Shown: positions 51,601 through 64,000 of the stretch, piece after piece
Layout of the letters: each line of letters opens with the position of its first letter
How positions within the stretch are numbered: position 1 is the first letter of the stretch
DNA from: Azolla caroliniana
Taxonomy: Eukaryota; Plantae; Polypodiophyta
Reading direction: 5' to 3'
DNA length: 64,000 nt
NCBI GenBank assembly: GCA_043228905.1
Contig: JBHGNT010000009.1
Coordinates: 20,336,001 to 20,400,000 of the forward strand
The notes under the pieces: model-generated
The model's database searches: none
What the model was told of the DNA's origin: nothing
The model's input: only the letters and a program-made list of their open reading frames with translations
Position numbers and translations under genes: made by a program

Positions 51601-54600
51601 AGGATTTATTGCTGCTTTGTAGATTTCCGAAAAACCTTTGACACTGTGCCACGTGCTCAGCTTATGCAGCGGCTAGAAGCCCTTGGTGTTCCAATAGATA
51701 TGCAATGGGGAATCTATGCACTCTATGAATCTATGTTAGGAAAAGTGCGGTCTTCTAAGGGCTTGTTAGAGGAGGTGGCTAGCACAATTGGCGTGAAGCA
51801 AGGATGCTCACTATCCCCCACACTCTTCGGTCTCTATATAGATGAGGTATCACAGTACATAGAGAGATTTGGGGGTTCCGGAGCACACCTAGTAGGTATA
51901 GCTATACAAATATTACTATATGCTGATGATATTGTGCTGATTTCTGACTCTCTGGAGGGACTACAAAGACATCTAAATGCCTTAAAACTATTTTGTACGG
52001 ACAAAGGTTGCTCGACTTTCTCGTGGATATGCAGCCCTTGGTGCTCTTGAGAGACAATGTGCACATTTGCAGTTCCAAGAGCCACGGACTAAGCTATGGT
52101 TATTTGATACACTTGTCACACCAACTCTTCTCTATGGAGTAGAGACATGGGGACCGAGTCTTAACAAGGAAAATCATTGGAAAGATTTAGAGAGACCTTT
52201 AGTGTCAATGATTGCTCACATGATAAGGAGCAAAGCATCGGTGCTCCACGATATAATCCGGGCAGAGATGGGAGCAGCACCTATAATAACTGAGGCGTTG
52301 TTCTGATTAGTGACATTTATCCAACGTCTTTAGGAGCTCCCATCAAAACAATTGGCTGAAAATGGAGACACTCATTGTTGGTATGCTGAAATGCAGCAAT
52401 GGTTCGAGTCACATGGCATGAGTATAAATGCACTACCCCCGTTCCAATATAGCTTGGACTGTCCCCATCTAAATATGACCAAAGTGGAAAAGAATAGAGT
52501 GATCTGAATTGATATTATTAACTTGGAAAACAAGATAACATGGATCAACCCCAAAATACCACTTGGTACAAAGATGGCTCACTATAAGACACACTTCTTA
52601 GATACATCGGAGGATGGATTTGTCATCATGCCACCTTATATGGACATACATCTATCCTATGTGCTACATAATGTGATAGGGCAGCTGCGAACTTCATCAC
52701 GTCAGCTACAGATTGAGGTAGGCAGATATACACGACTACCTCTTGAAGAGAGAATTTGCTAATTGTGTCACCAAGGAGTGGAATCTGAAGAACACTATGT
52801 TTGTCATTGTAGTGTCTTTTATGAAATCAGAGGGAGATACCATTGCCTCTTTAAACAAGGCTTTGGCCCACTACACAAGGTAATGGAATATGCGGGCCAA
52901 CGATGCCTAGGACTTTTCTTGCTAGAGCTCAAGAGACATCGGGAAAAGTTGTTGAAGAATAAAGCCACACAAGCTCATCACAAAGAACAATCGCAACTTT
53001 CTTTAGCCCCATCACTCCTAATGCTAGAAGTTAACCCTGGGATACACAAATGGGCTTTAGACCAGGACATAACAAAGGGGTTACAATTGATCGGGCAATG
53101 ACAATTTGCCGTGCACATAGGCCTCGGCCCCATGGACCACGACCTCGACATTCTTGTCATCGACAGATAAAAGCCATTATCTCCCGCCATTGTAGGTGCT
53201 TCCCTCGCTTCGGAGACATTTCCATTCTGAATTGACCTATGCTAGAGATCTTTCGAAGACAAAAGCTACAATATACCTAACTTGAGGCTCTCACATGTGC
53301 CAAAAACCAGATTCCCTCATTCTTTTCTTTTCATGTTATTTACTTTTATATTTACTATGTAATATTTATTTTATTTTGATTTGTTCTCAAAGATGAGACA
53401 ACACTTAAGATGTAATCTCTTATTTGGTCTTATAGGCCATTTTGGCCTCTTAAAAGACGTTAATATATCTTTCTTTCTTTATCTTATGAAATTGAAACCC
53501 CTTTCATTTTATGTACGAGTCTCTTCTTTTCTTATCTTGCTGCATACTGACAGGCAGAGGATCTATTCCTTAAATCTGTATTCAATCTTCGCGAAAAGTG
53601 TATGGTAGTCAAATTCAACTGGGAGCAATACATTGTGAACAAAGGTTTTTATGAACATTTTCCTTACAGAAAATTGCAATATATATGATGGAAACAATCA
53701 GTTTCACATGGGCTTTTTAAAAATGCCGATGAGAGGAATGCGATTGCTGTTTTTTTATTGATAGAAGAAGAGGGAATTGTGATCCACCTGGCTATTCTGT
53801 AGCAGTCATGAGTTTTCTGCGAACCTGTAATGGTTGAAATTAAGAACTGGTCTGTACAATGGAATCACAGCAGTTGTGATTATCATTAAAGGTTTTGATG
53901 GCTGTTTGTGCTCAATTTCTTGGACAATAGTTGTTCCATATTTGCTACCTATTCTGGATTTCTAGTTGTGAAGATCATGAGGCTAATAATGTCCTTTTCT
54001 TCAGAGCAGATTCAGCCAAAGTCTATTAGATATTCATGAGCAATAAAGGAAAATTCTGTTGGATCCTCTAGGGCCCAACCATTCAGGCTGATGATTTTCT
54101 TCTGTATTATAACAATCTACATTGCAATAACTTATCAAGGCCTGTTTGATTTTCTTGGGTTTTTAAATTTCTATCTGTTATGTCAAAATTTGTAAGCTAT
54201 AGAAATGCACAAGGAATCTTCATTGATGCTTAGCTTAGTTTTCAAGTATTACATGATCCTGTTTGTTGATAAATCACGATGGTAGACTAAGATGCATGCA
54301 ACTAATGACGCAGTCTCAAAAGATGTTGCAAACTGAAAAATGAAGAAGCCACCCTCGTTGAAGTGTTCCTTGTGCACATTCATGAATCTAGAAGATGGAA
54401 TGAATGCAGCCCGCAAATTTTTTATTTGTGTGCTATAAACTAATCAAGTTAAGTGCATATCTTCCAACACAAAAGGAGGTTAATTGAGGGGGATTGGATG
54501 GAAATCAACACAAAATGGGGATCCATACACCCTTGAGAAGAATCTGGTAGCCTGGTATAACTTTGGGTCTCCATAAGAAGAATTGCATGATATTATGCAG

Positions 54601-57600
54601 CTAAAGAGTCATGTTCTAGGCTCATTATCGTTGCCTCAGTTCTTGTAAAATAATCCTTGCTTGTAAAATTGAACACCTGAAATTTGTAATTCCACTTTAA
54701 TAAAAGAAAGGTTGATAAAATATTGGAAAGTGGTCGATTGTGCTTGCAACTATTAGGTTCAAGTATGTCATAATATAATTTAAATGATCCGTTCTATCCT
54801 AGGTATTTGGAATATAATAATTCAATGGGGAGTTCTATCTTAAGGATATTCATCTAATTTGTTGTCATTGATCAACATTTTCAGCATGGATATCTGATAT
54901 TGCAGCTATGGCTCAACAACCCCTTGCTGCATTTGCAATGGATAGGAGGTAAAAACTATTTTATCTTTATGAGATTTCTTGCTGTATGCTCATTATCATT
55001 ATGCCCATGGATGTTGGGGAAATAATTCTCAAAGAGGCAACACCATAATCATCCATTTCCAAGGATAAGGGGAAGGGCAAAGCCTTCTTCACCAAGATAG
55101 CTATTTTAACATCTTTTTATGAGGCCAAACAAGAGATTACAAGAAAGAAAGATATATCGATGTCTTTTAAAAGGCCAAAATGCCCTCTAAGACCAAACAA
55201 GAGCTTACGTCTTAAATTCTGTCTTGTCTTTGAGACAACACTTTATTTGTCTCCACTAGAAGCAGGTGGCATGAAAGAGATAAGAACTATCATTGTGGGT
55301 CCATGTCATCTGCTCTAGTGAGGGAACAATGTCATAGTGGAGATGATCTAATCGAATGTCATATTTTTCTCAAGAGAGTGCATTTGCTTCCCCCATGTAT
55401 TGTGCTTCCCATGAATATTCACATTGGTTTCTCGTGGAGGATGAGTGGGTGGGGTCTCCATGCTATCCTGGAAGGGTCATATAGCATGACTCACAAGATT
55501 ATGGAATGAAACCATGTTGTCACCATTTAGTACCATTCTCTTGAGATTCCTCTTAGTCAAACTGCTTCTTGAAAGACTCAAAAGTGAAACTGTTGTATGA
55601 TGTCTAATTCGGTCATTATCACTGCTGTTCTGAAATAGTGGCATTTGGGACCAAGGCTTTAATCCAAACAATATGGGATACCACTATATGTTGTATCTCC
55701 TGAGGTTGCCATCCTGTTCGTCCCATCTACATTGTGAAACATATAATGCAATCTGAAGTATTCAGTTCTTAAAAACCACACACATTCAATTTTTGTCGTC
55801 TATTTAAATAAGAAACTTATATATGGTATTTATTTTCTTTTTCTTACCAAAATCATCAATATTTTGGCAGCATTACGTTTTACGATGTTGGACGACTATC
55901 ACTCGATGTTCTTGGCCGTATTAGAAATCTTGTATGTTCCTCACTTTTCTGAAGAATAATTTGACGCTAAAAGAATCTAAAATTTGGGATTGTTTGAAAG
56001 AGTGATACATTCAATATATGAGCTAGATAAACAGAATGTAATTGAACATGAGAGTCTTCTACTAAGCTTGCTAATTCTGTGCAATAAGAATTTTAAAATG
56101 CGAAGAATTCTTTCATTTGCATTCACTCACACTGTTCTCACATTTTCATTCTAACTTGAAAGATTATTGCCTCAAGGAAAACTAGAGATATAGATCCAAA
56201 GTAGCTTCATCATAATGATTATGGATCCAAGATATCCATATTCTCATATAACTCAAAATTTATCTATGCTCACACAAATCCAAAAGCATTTTTGGCATTT
56301 GATGTACTTGGGGTACATTTATCAATGATTCTCATGTTTCTTCTCAGACACTGGATAATTCAGCAATACAAGCTTGTAAAACACATGCTGGAAATCTGAT
56401 GATTTTCGGCATAGGAACATGTAGTGTCAAGATTTAATGTAATGTTTTCTACATTTAATACAATTAGGACTCATCATTAAAAAAAACTTCTCTTGGAATT
56501 ATCAGGATAATATACCTCTGTGTGCAACATGGATTAGAACTTTGGATGCTGATAAATTGATTTATGGAGATGACAAAGGATTCCTTAATACATTCAATTT
56601 CACCGATGAGTGGGGCGGGTTTGTTTAAATCGCCATTGAAGATAATCTTTTCAATTCTCTAACTATAAATGGTGTTTCTGTTTTATTATTTACACGAACC
56701 AGATTTGTTTGCATCTTCCATTCAAATATGTATTGTGCACATTGAGAGCATGGTCACTAATGAATAATGTAGAATATACGCTCTTGAAAATTTGATGCAG
56801 AGGCTGTGTTCATCTTTGATACCATTCATATTTCAGAGAAAATCCCAAAGTTTCTGCTGGAGTGGCTGATCATTTACTTCCAGGGATGTCAGAAGAACGA
56901 CCTTGGAGAATTCATTCTTCTTGGGTGACAAGGCTGCTGTATCTCAGTCATTCATCCTCTCTATTGAGTAGCTCTATGGATGGTCAACTAATGATGTTAG
57001 ACTTGGAAAAGCAAAGGAGAAAGTGGTCAACAAAAGAGCATCCACACGGCATTTGTGCCTTCGCATATGGAAGGTAATTTTCTCCCTATAGAAGAACATT
57101 TCTTTAGGTATGCAATAAGTCAATGCACTGAATAAAATGTGTCAAATACTACTATATGCTAGCATTCCTCATGAATTTCCTCTTACAAAAGGCTTTCAAT
57201 TGAAGATCGATAGCAGAAATAATTCTAGAGTGATATGCAAGATTCAAATGAACCCTTGTGAATATATGCAGAGAGATCTACAATATTGGGTCATGGTTGG
57301 AAGTGGGATCATAGAATATTGGAATATATATTAATGTTTTTTAAGAAGCCAAAATGGTCAATAAGACCGAACAACAGATTACATCTTAAAATGTTGTCTA
57401 ATCTTTGAGAAATATAATTAAACATAAGTAAATAAAAAGTAATTAGAAATATAATCAAGACATGACCAAAGAATCTTGTCATCTATGAATGCAAGATTCT
57501 CAATTCAGATATTTTACTTTGTCTTTAAAAGATCTCTAGCATAGGTTGATTCAGAATGGAGAGGTCTCCGAAGAGAGGAAAGTACCAGAGAGGGCGGGAG

Positions 57601-60600
57601 ATAATGGCCTTTATTTGTTGATGATAAAGGTGGGGAGATTGTAGTCCATGAGGCTGAGGCCTACGTGCACTACAAATTGCTATTGCTGCCTCTATCATAA
57701 CCCTTTTGCAATGTCCTGGTTGGAATCCCATTTGTGTATCCCTCAATTGATTTGTAGCATGAGTAGGAGAGATGGGGGCTAAAGAAAGCTGTGGTTGTCC
57801 TTTGTTGATGAGCTTGTGTGGCTGTGTTGTTTGTCAATAAGGAAACCGTCCAGAGAAAAGTGCCATTTTGGTCCAATATTAGACATCACACGTCAACAAC
57901 TGATTTTCTCCATTTGGTACATACATACATACATATGTATGTATGTACATGCATCCATCCATCCATACAATCACATACTGAAAAATTGTGTCCTATATGT
58001 TGCATATATACACACACATAAAAACATTTGTACACACACAGTTAATCATTCATTTAAACATACATAACATACATTTATATACCTACAGAGATTCATTTAT
58101 ACATTCATACATTCATTCATATACACCTAGCTATGTCTTTATTCATAACATATGTATGTATATACATTTGCTCATTTACATTATCATTCCTTGCTTTCAC
58201 ACAAATATTCATGTATTCATTCATACATTTTCACTTTCTTTTGTATTTTAATTTCCACACCGCCATATATTCTATTGTAACACATACATACATCCATCCA
58301 CCTTTACATTCATCTATCACTGAGTAATGTTTTGTAGTTTGCACATTTAATGTTTTCTTTAGTTCAAGAGAGATCCCCACTTGTGTAAGTATTTGGATAC
58401 TCTCTCGTAAGATGGCATATGGTTTCCATTTGGATCCACATTCTAATTGATTGGAATATATTTTAATTGCAGAAAGTTAAATTTTATTGCAACCTGTGGT
58501 TTGGAGAGGCATGTTAATATCTGGAATCCCTTTACAGCAAAAATAATGGGAAATCTCATTGGCCATCAAGCCCCTGTCGTGGTCTGTTATTAAATTATGT
58601 CTTATTTTTAGGTTCATAAGATTAATTAATTGCTCGAGGCACTGAATGCAACCATCTATTTGGTAATCAGGATGTTGTTGTGAATGACAATGAAAATCAA
58701 ATTATTAGTGTTGCATCTGATAATGTGATAAAGGTGTGGGAGATGAGAAACTACAAATGTATGCAAACAATTTATGCGAAATCAAGTGAAAAGTCTATAG
58801 ATTCACCAATAATATGCAGGCTTTTGTATGATCAAGAGAAACATGTGAGTAAAAGGAATACAGATTAAATATCACTGTCAATGAGATAAATCATGTGATA
58901 CGAACATTTGGACTAAAAATCAAATATACCCAAGGTAATTGTTCATTATGAGATTGTGAAGTTAAAGTTTTCTGACCATTTGTCTTTTTCCTTTAGATTC
59001 TTTTAGCAGGTGGATCATCCCTTGATGCATGGAAACAAAAAGGGTCAACTGAGCATAAAGTCAAAAAAGTTTGCTCTGTTTTGTATAACCCAATATTTCA
59101 GCAGGTTGTCACTACAGTTTAACAAATGCTTTTGAATTTGCATATATTATATTATCACTTCTCGAGTTGAAATAAGAAAGGAACCGAATCTTGATGATGA
59201 TCACTAGAGACTTGAAATAGTACTGATTCCAATCCTATGAATAGGATTGAGCAAGAAAGGAAGGCAATTATATTTACTTGCATACAATATGTTTGAAAAT
59301 AGGAGAAAGTATTGATACATTGTTGTTGGAAACATGTATCTTTTGTAATGACTCCAGCTTTATTATAGTTTGGTTGGTTTAGTAGTTATGAGGCTCAGTG
59401 GTTAAGAAAGAAAAAAAGATATATTCATGTCTTTTAAGAGGCCAAAATGTCCTATAAGTCCGAACAAGAAATTACATCTTAAAATGTTCTCTTGTCTTTT
59501 AGAACAAACCAAAATGAATATAACAAAATATAGGGTACTAAAGAATGTGGTCATCAGAGTCCTATCATGTTATTCCATGCTAATGTATTCAGAGCATAGC
59601 TTGCTTTGAGCACTCTAAATTTTTCAAAGTAACATTGCTGAATCCGCGTCCTGACCAGTTAAGGACATGAGCGCGTCCCTGACAGAAAGGGCAGAGCAAC
59701 CAGTGCACACTGAGAGGCGGGCCGAGCACTTAAGAATATTTACTTAGATGGATGAAATGGGTTCCTTCGATCGAAGGATCCGCAACATGGGCTGCTTCAA
59801 GATGGGCAGATCTTTGAAGTGAGGGAAGTACCTTTGGTTCTGGAATGGTCTTTATCTTTGGATGACAAGGTTGATGATGCGGTGACACATTGCTATAGCC
59901 GATATATTTTAACCCCTTTCAAGTGTTTTGGTCAAGACCCCATTTGTGTAGCCCTTCATTGAATTGTAGCATTAGAGTGATGGAGCTAATGAAAGTTGTG
60001 ATGATTGATGAGAAGAAGTTTTGAGCTAACCTATCACATAGCAGATGGTATGAAATAGATGTGCATTTATATATAAGGCCTCATGATAAATCCATCCTGT
60101 GATGTGTGTCAAACAGTGCCTTATAGGGGGCTAAGAAGCAGAGATGTTATGGGGCTGATCCATGCTCTTTCATTATCCAATTTAATGACATCAATTTGGA
60201 TCATTCTATTCTTTTCCACATTGGTTACATTTAGGTATGGAAAATTCAAGCCATGTTGGAATGGGTTAGTGCATTTATACTCACGCCATGCTGACTGGCA
60301 AAATTCCTGCATTTCAGTATACCAACAATTATTATCTCTATGATGATCAAGTCGTTTTAATGACATAAGTTCCGGTCTTGAGTATCTTTGCTTAGGCAAC
60401 CGACTAATCTGTTGGATGCCAGTCACTGATAGGAGTAACGCCTCTGTCAATGTTGAAGCAGTGATTCTTTGCTCCTTATCCTGCGGGCAATCTCTAAGAC
60501 TAAGTTTTTTTTCGAATTTGTCCAATTATGTGCACTATGAAGGCTCGTCCCACATATTTCTACACCATAGAAGAAAGAAAGAAAGATATACTAACGTCTT

Positions 60601-61968
60601 TTAAGAGGTTAAAACGGCCTATAAGACCAAAACAAGAGGTTCAACAATGTTTTCTCAACTGAAACAAGAATTAATACAACCAAACAGTACCAAAGAATCT
60701 ATATGTTAAAGAACTTAAGACTATAAACTTAGTTTGGAACTTTTGTCTTTGAAAAATTTCCATTATGGCCTCTCCAAGATGGAGAGATCTCCCTTGGCTT
60801 TTAGTCTTGGTCTTTGGATTCCTTTTCCTTGCACAGGGCCAAAGTCTTGCATGAAGCGGTAATGATGTCCCGCTCTTTTGAAATAAGAAATAGCACAATG
60901 ACAAACATATTGTTCTACTGATTCATCCCTTGGTGGCACAATTGATAGACCCATTCTTCCATAGCTGTGCATGTATATCTGCCTATCTCAACCTCTAATT
61001 GATGTAAAGAAATCCTGAACTACTCTGTCACATGCCAGAGTGCCTGAGATAGATGGATGTGTATCATGAGGACTGGTGATAAATCCATCTTGAGATGTAT
61101 GTCAGACGGCCTGATATTGGGCCATCTTCTTACCAACGAATGTTCTAGGGCTGATCTATTTTCTTTCATTATCCATTTTAATGATGTCAGTTCAGATCAT
61201 TCTATTAGGTTTCACCTTGGTCATTTTGAAAGGTGGGAATCTAAGCTATATTGGAGCAAAGGTAGTGAGTGCATTTATATTCATGTCAATTGATTCGAAC
61301 CATGTTTAATATGCTATTCTGACCACCTTCACTTGGACGATCACAGGGCACCCACGATGTGTTGCTATATTAGAATAAGGGTAGTGCATTTAAATTCACA
61401 TCACTTGGAACCATTCTTGCATTTGAACAATCCATGATATTATATTACCCTAAGGTATAGATCTAAATTAATGCAACATCAAATTCTACATAGGTGGCAT
61501 GTACGATTCTTTGATCAATGTGCTTTATCTTTATGAATGGCAAGACAGAGGATTTCCTTGGTTTAGTTATATTCTGGGGATCTCCAATGTTTGTTATGTT
61601 TCACTTATGCGCAATGATGCATTGCATATATTCAGAGAAGAAAAACATGTAGAATGTTTTATTCCAGGTTGTAATCGGAGAGGAGACAGATTCGACAGTC
61701 ACAATATGGGACGTTGAGACTGGTTTAAAAACTTTTTCGTTCACTGATGTAAACAAGTAATATCTTTACAATGATAATCCATACTCCATAGTTATATTCT
61801 ATAATTTTGTTTTGTAAGACACTAGTATTTCATGATAGGTCAAGGATGTCAGCAATGTCATTTGATTTCTCTGGGAGAAGGTTACTAATTGGAGGACAGG
61901 ATGGGCGTTTAAGTATGTGGAACTTCAATAATGGCCAACAACTGAAAGAATTCAGAGGCTTTGGTCAG
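45494..61968 (+). CDS. EF-hand + WD40 protein, WDR49 (CFAP337)/EFCAB8/WDY-like; at least 16 exons, 3' end beyond the window
   Basis: GT-AG exons with consistent phases: 45494-45565 (tentative first), 48272-48388 (tentative), 48503-48598, 49218-49270, 49367-49463, 49598-49795, 49913-50027, 54885-54948, 55871-55931, 56506-56618, 56837-57073, 58473-58581, 58671-58844, 58997-59104, 61668-61756, 61839-61968 (611 codons). Motifs: LFMKVDVNNNGLVDWNDF, IATCGLERHVNIWNPF..LIGH, IKVWEMRNYKCMQT, LYNPIFQQVV, TIWDVETG, FDFSGRRLLIGGQDGRLSMWNFNNG. Confidence 0.85.
45588..45699. repeat. (TA)n/(TATG)n microsatellite
   Basis: Read directly from the sequence. Lies at the start of the putative first intron. Confidence 0.85.
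48636..48850 (-). mobile_element. LINE family A 3'-end fragment
   Basis: Reverse complement of TCTTATAGGCCATTTTGGCC..AAAAGAC plus a (TTTC)-like tail. Confidence 0.7.
50465..53480 (+). mobile_element. RTE/RTEX-like LINE (family A), about 3 kb, 5'-truncated within the AP endonuclease, intronic
   Basis: APE end (STVDYL..ADHAYL), RT (FVDFRKTFD, QGCSLSPTLF, LLYADD), zinc knuckle, 3' hairpin and CTTT tail. Internal deletions at about 52010 and 52340 relative to 361-2065. Confidence 0.92.
55140..55240 (-). mobile_element. LINE family A 3'-end fragment
   Basis: AAGAAAGAAAGATATATCGATGTCTTTTAAAAGGCCAAAATGCCCTCTAAGACC is the reverse complement of the family tail. Confidence 0.7.
57320..57840 (-). mobile_element. 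LINE family A 3' fragment
   Basis: Minus ORF ..IKAIISR..FPLFGDLSILNQPMLEIF matches the family C-terminus, followed by the tail. Confidence 0.8.
59405..60490 (-). mobile_element. LINE family A 3' fragment with an expanded 3' UTR
   Basis: Tail at 59405-59460, ORF end FPHFKDLPILKQPML near 59790, and upstream NVTNVEKNRMIQIDVIKLDN. Confidence 0.75.
60570..61310 (-). mobile_element. LINE family A 3' fragment (decayed)
   Basis: Tail AAGAAAGAAAGATATACTAACGTCTTTTAAGAGG; ESVEQYVCHC and LSILERP remnants. Confidence 0.72.
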
Positions 61969-62389
61969 GTACTATTGCTTTCTACCTCTTTCATTTTTGA
62001 GAAACACATTGCAGATTTGCAGCCTTCAGCCGACTTGGTCTAATAACCATTCGGTCTCGTACCATTGCGTTTTTCCTGTTTCATATTTTAGGAATGCACT
62101 CCAGATTTACAGCCATCTTGATTGGTCCAACTTGATAGGAAGAAAAAGGGGGAGGGTATATCCGATTTTAAAAGTAATCTCAACTCATAATATTGATAGC
62201 CTAACTAGCCCAAAATGAACTTCATGACACTGATATGCAAAATAATTAGGGAAGCATTTGATGTATACCCGATCACATACTCTAAATGCAAAAACGGGAA
62301 TGTGGTAGAACATCAGAGAGAAATGTGGCCTATGCAGTTTGAACAAGCTAGAGTGTCAAAATCTATATAAATAGGACGCTATATTGACT

Positions 62390-62770
62390 AGCTACCAAAT
62401 CCACCTCTTTGTAGAAATAGGTTGCTATTTTTCTCATGTCCCCATCTAAACATGACCAAAGTGGAAAAGAAGAGAGTGATCCAAACTGATACTATTAACT
62501 TGGAAAACAAGATAACATGGCCCCAAAGCATCTCTTTCTTAGTAGGAAGATGGCCTACTATAAGACACTTTTTACAGTCATCGGAGGATGGATTCATCAT
62601 CAGACCATCTTATATGGACATACATCTATCCTATCCACTGTGCAGTGTGGCAGGGCAGCTGTGAATTTCATCACATAAGTTAGAGATTGAGGTAGGCAGA
62701 TGTGCACAAATACCTCTAGAAGAACAAATATTTCGATTGTGTCATCAGGAAGTGGAATCTGAAGAACACT
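62390..62770 (+). mobile_element. LINE family A internal fragment
   Basis: CPHLNMTKVEKKRVIQTDTINLENKITW..SEDGFIIRPSYMDIHLSY closely matches the ORF at 939-1859. Confidence 0.8.
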
Positions 62771-62978
62771 AAGATTTTTCATCTTTCTTTTCATCTGTGT
62801 AGATCAGTTGGGGCTGAATAGATGAGTTGGTATTGTATGAGATGGGAGTCCACATACAGATTCTCTAAGACATTGTTGTCACTGTCGACTGAAACAAAGA
62901 GTTGAACGTCAAGTGGATTGTGATTAGGAATGGAATCTTTCCGGCTTTACTTAATGCTTTCTTAAACGTAGTAACACA

Positions 62979-64000
62979 TGATACCGATATTAATTTATCA
63001 TACTTAATTAATACGACTATGGAATACTATTCTGTTCGACTGTCAATTATATATATATAATCTGCCTAACAGAGATACTGAACAACAGTACACAACACAG
63101 CATATACTCTAGCTACATAAATTATATTACTTATAACCAAAACAGACCGATGTTGTTACAATGCTCTCGGTCCCTTTTTATAGGTGACCTGAGAGACTCT
63201 TCCAAGATAATACACTTGCCATTCGGCAAGAACCTACAGTTACACTGTCCTATTTTTTAACTATTCTATTTTCTTACTCGGCTAAAAATACTATTTCGGC
63301 TACTTCCTTTACCATTAGTCCTTTTACGATTACGACTCCGACTAGTTTGTTGACCCGGCTTCGTCATTGTTCCAATCTTCGTGGTCATGTTCGTTCTGGT
63401 CGTTGTCCTCAGGCTCGTCTTCGTCGGCATCCTCATTCAAAATATCCAGCAAATTCGGTTCTTTTTCTTCCTGATCTTCATTTTGGTGAAAGTCGTCCGG
63501 AGTTTGCTGATCTTCTGTTTGATGTGAATGCTAAGCCCTCATAGGGGACTCTCTTCTTCTCCTGATCATCGTCCGTCCTAGGCTTGTTGTGGTGCGTCTG
63601 GTCTTCCTTAGGATCAGCTTGGTTTGCCTGTGGCGCTGTATGCAGCTGGTCTTGTTGTAACATTTCAGCTTCTTTGGGGTTAACAGTTGCCTCGCCTGTT
63701 CGGATTGCTGCGATGTGTCGTCGTTGCTCTCCTCAGTTGCTTGCTGCTAACTTTCCTTTTGACGACATTCCTTCTCAGAGGAGTCAAGTTCTAACGCAAG
63801 TTGAATTTGTTGGTCGTCGTATTCTTCCAGTAACTTGGTACTTTCCTCCATATGGTGGCTTGCCAGTTCGTAGAAATCCCCTGACAACTCATCTTGAACA
63901 GTGGTCAGGTTTGCTTCATCCATCTTGAAAAATTCCTCACCTTTCTTTTTCCTGTTTTTGTGGTCGGTCCACAATAATTGCAACTCAGCTGCTTGAGTTG
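62979..64000. mobile_element. Probable LTR retrotransposon end (LTR/UTR-like), continuing beyond the window
   Basis: Abrupt compositional change at TGATACCG, a minus-strand TATA-like CTATAAAAAGGG at about 63172-63183, and a CpG-rich skewed sequence. No partner LTR in the window. Confidence 0.45.

Noticed and set aside
57795-58327. His/Ile/Tyr-rich ORFs
   Set aside because: Degenerate (CATA/CATT)n low-complexity intron sequence.
59540-59570. CTGATGA on the minus strand as a hammerhead ribozyme core
   Set aside because: No stem II or GAAA at the required spacing.

Overview
Land-plant nuclear DNA, probably a fern or another plant with flagellated sperm (inferred from a ciliary WDR49/CFAP337-like gene). 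There are three host genes, all on the + strand: (1) the last five coding exons of a UBP3/UBP4-type (USP12/46-like) deubiquitinase, whose upstream intron is filled by a LINE>Copia>LINE nest; (2) an intronless 872-aa EF-hand/TPR/ZZ-finger gene (At1g05150-like); (3) a gene of at least 16 exons encoding an EF-hand + WD40 protein (WDR49/EFCAB8/WDY family) that runs off the window and is almost invisible in the ORF track. The rest is transposon-rich. It holds three Ty1/Copia elements (two with both LTRs, PBS, PPT and 5-bp TSDs), a four-level LINE>Copia>hAT>MITE nest, hAT- and Mutator-type MITEs, and L1 relics. Two RTE/RTEX-like LINE families share a 3' stem-loop and tail that recurs at least 10 times. 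I found no unambiguous new system. The best leads are the RTEX-like LINEs (conserved 3' hairpin, unknown C-terminal domain), a Copia with a duplicated PPT and a long in-frame extension after RNase H, and strong CCGG enrichment in two Copia elements. All coordinates and counts were read by eye.
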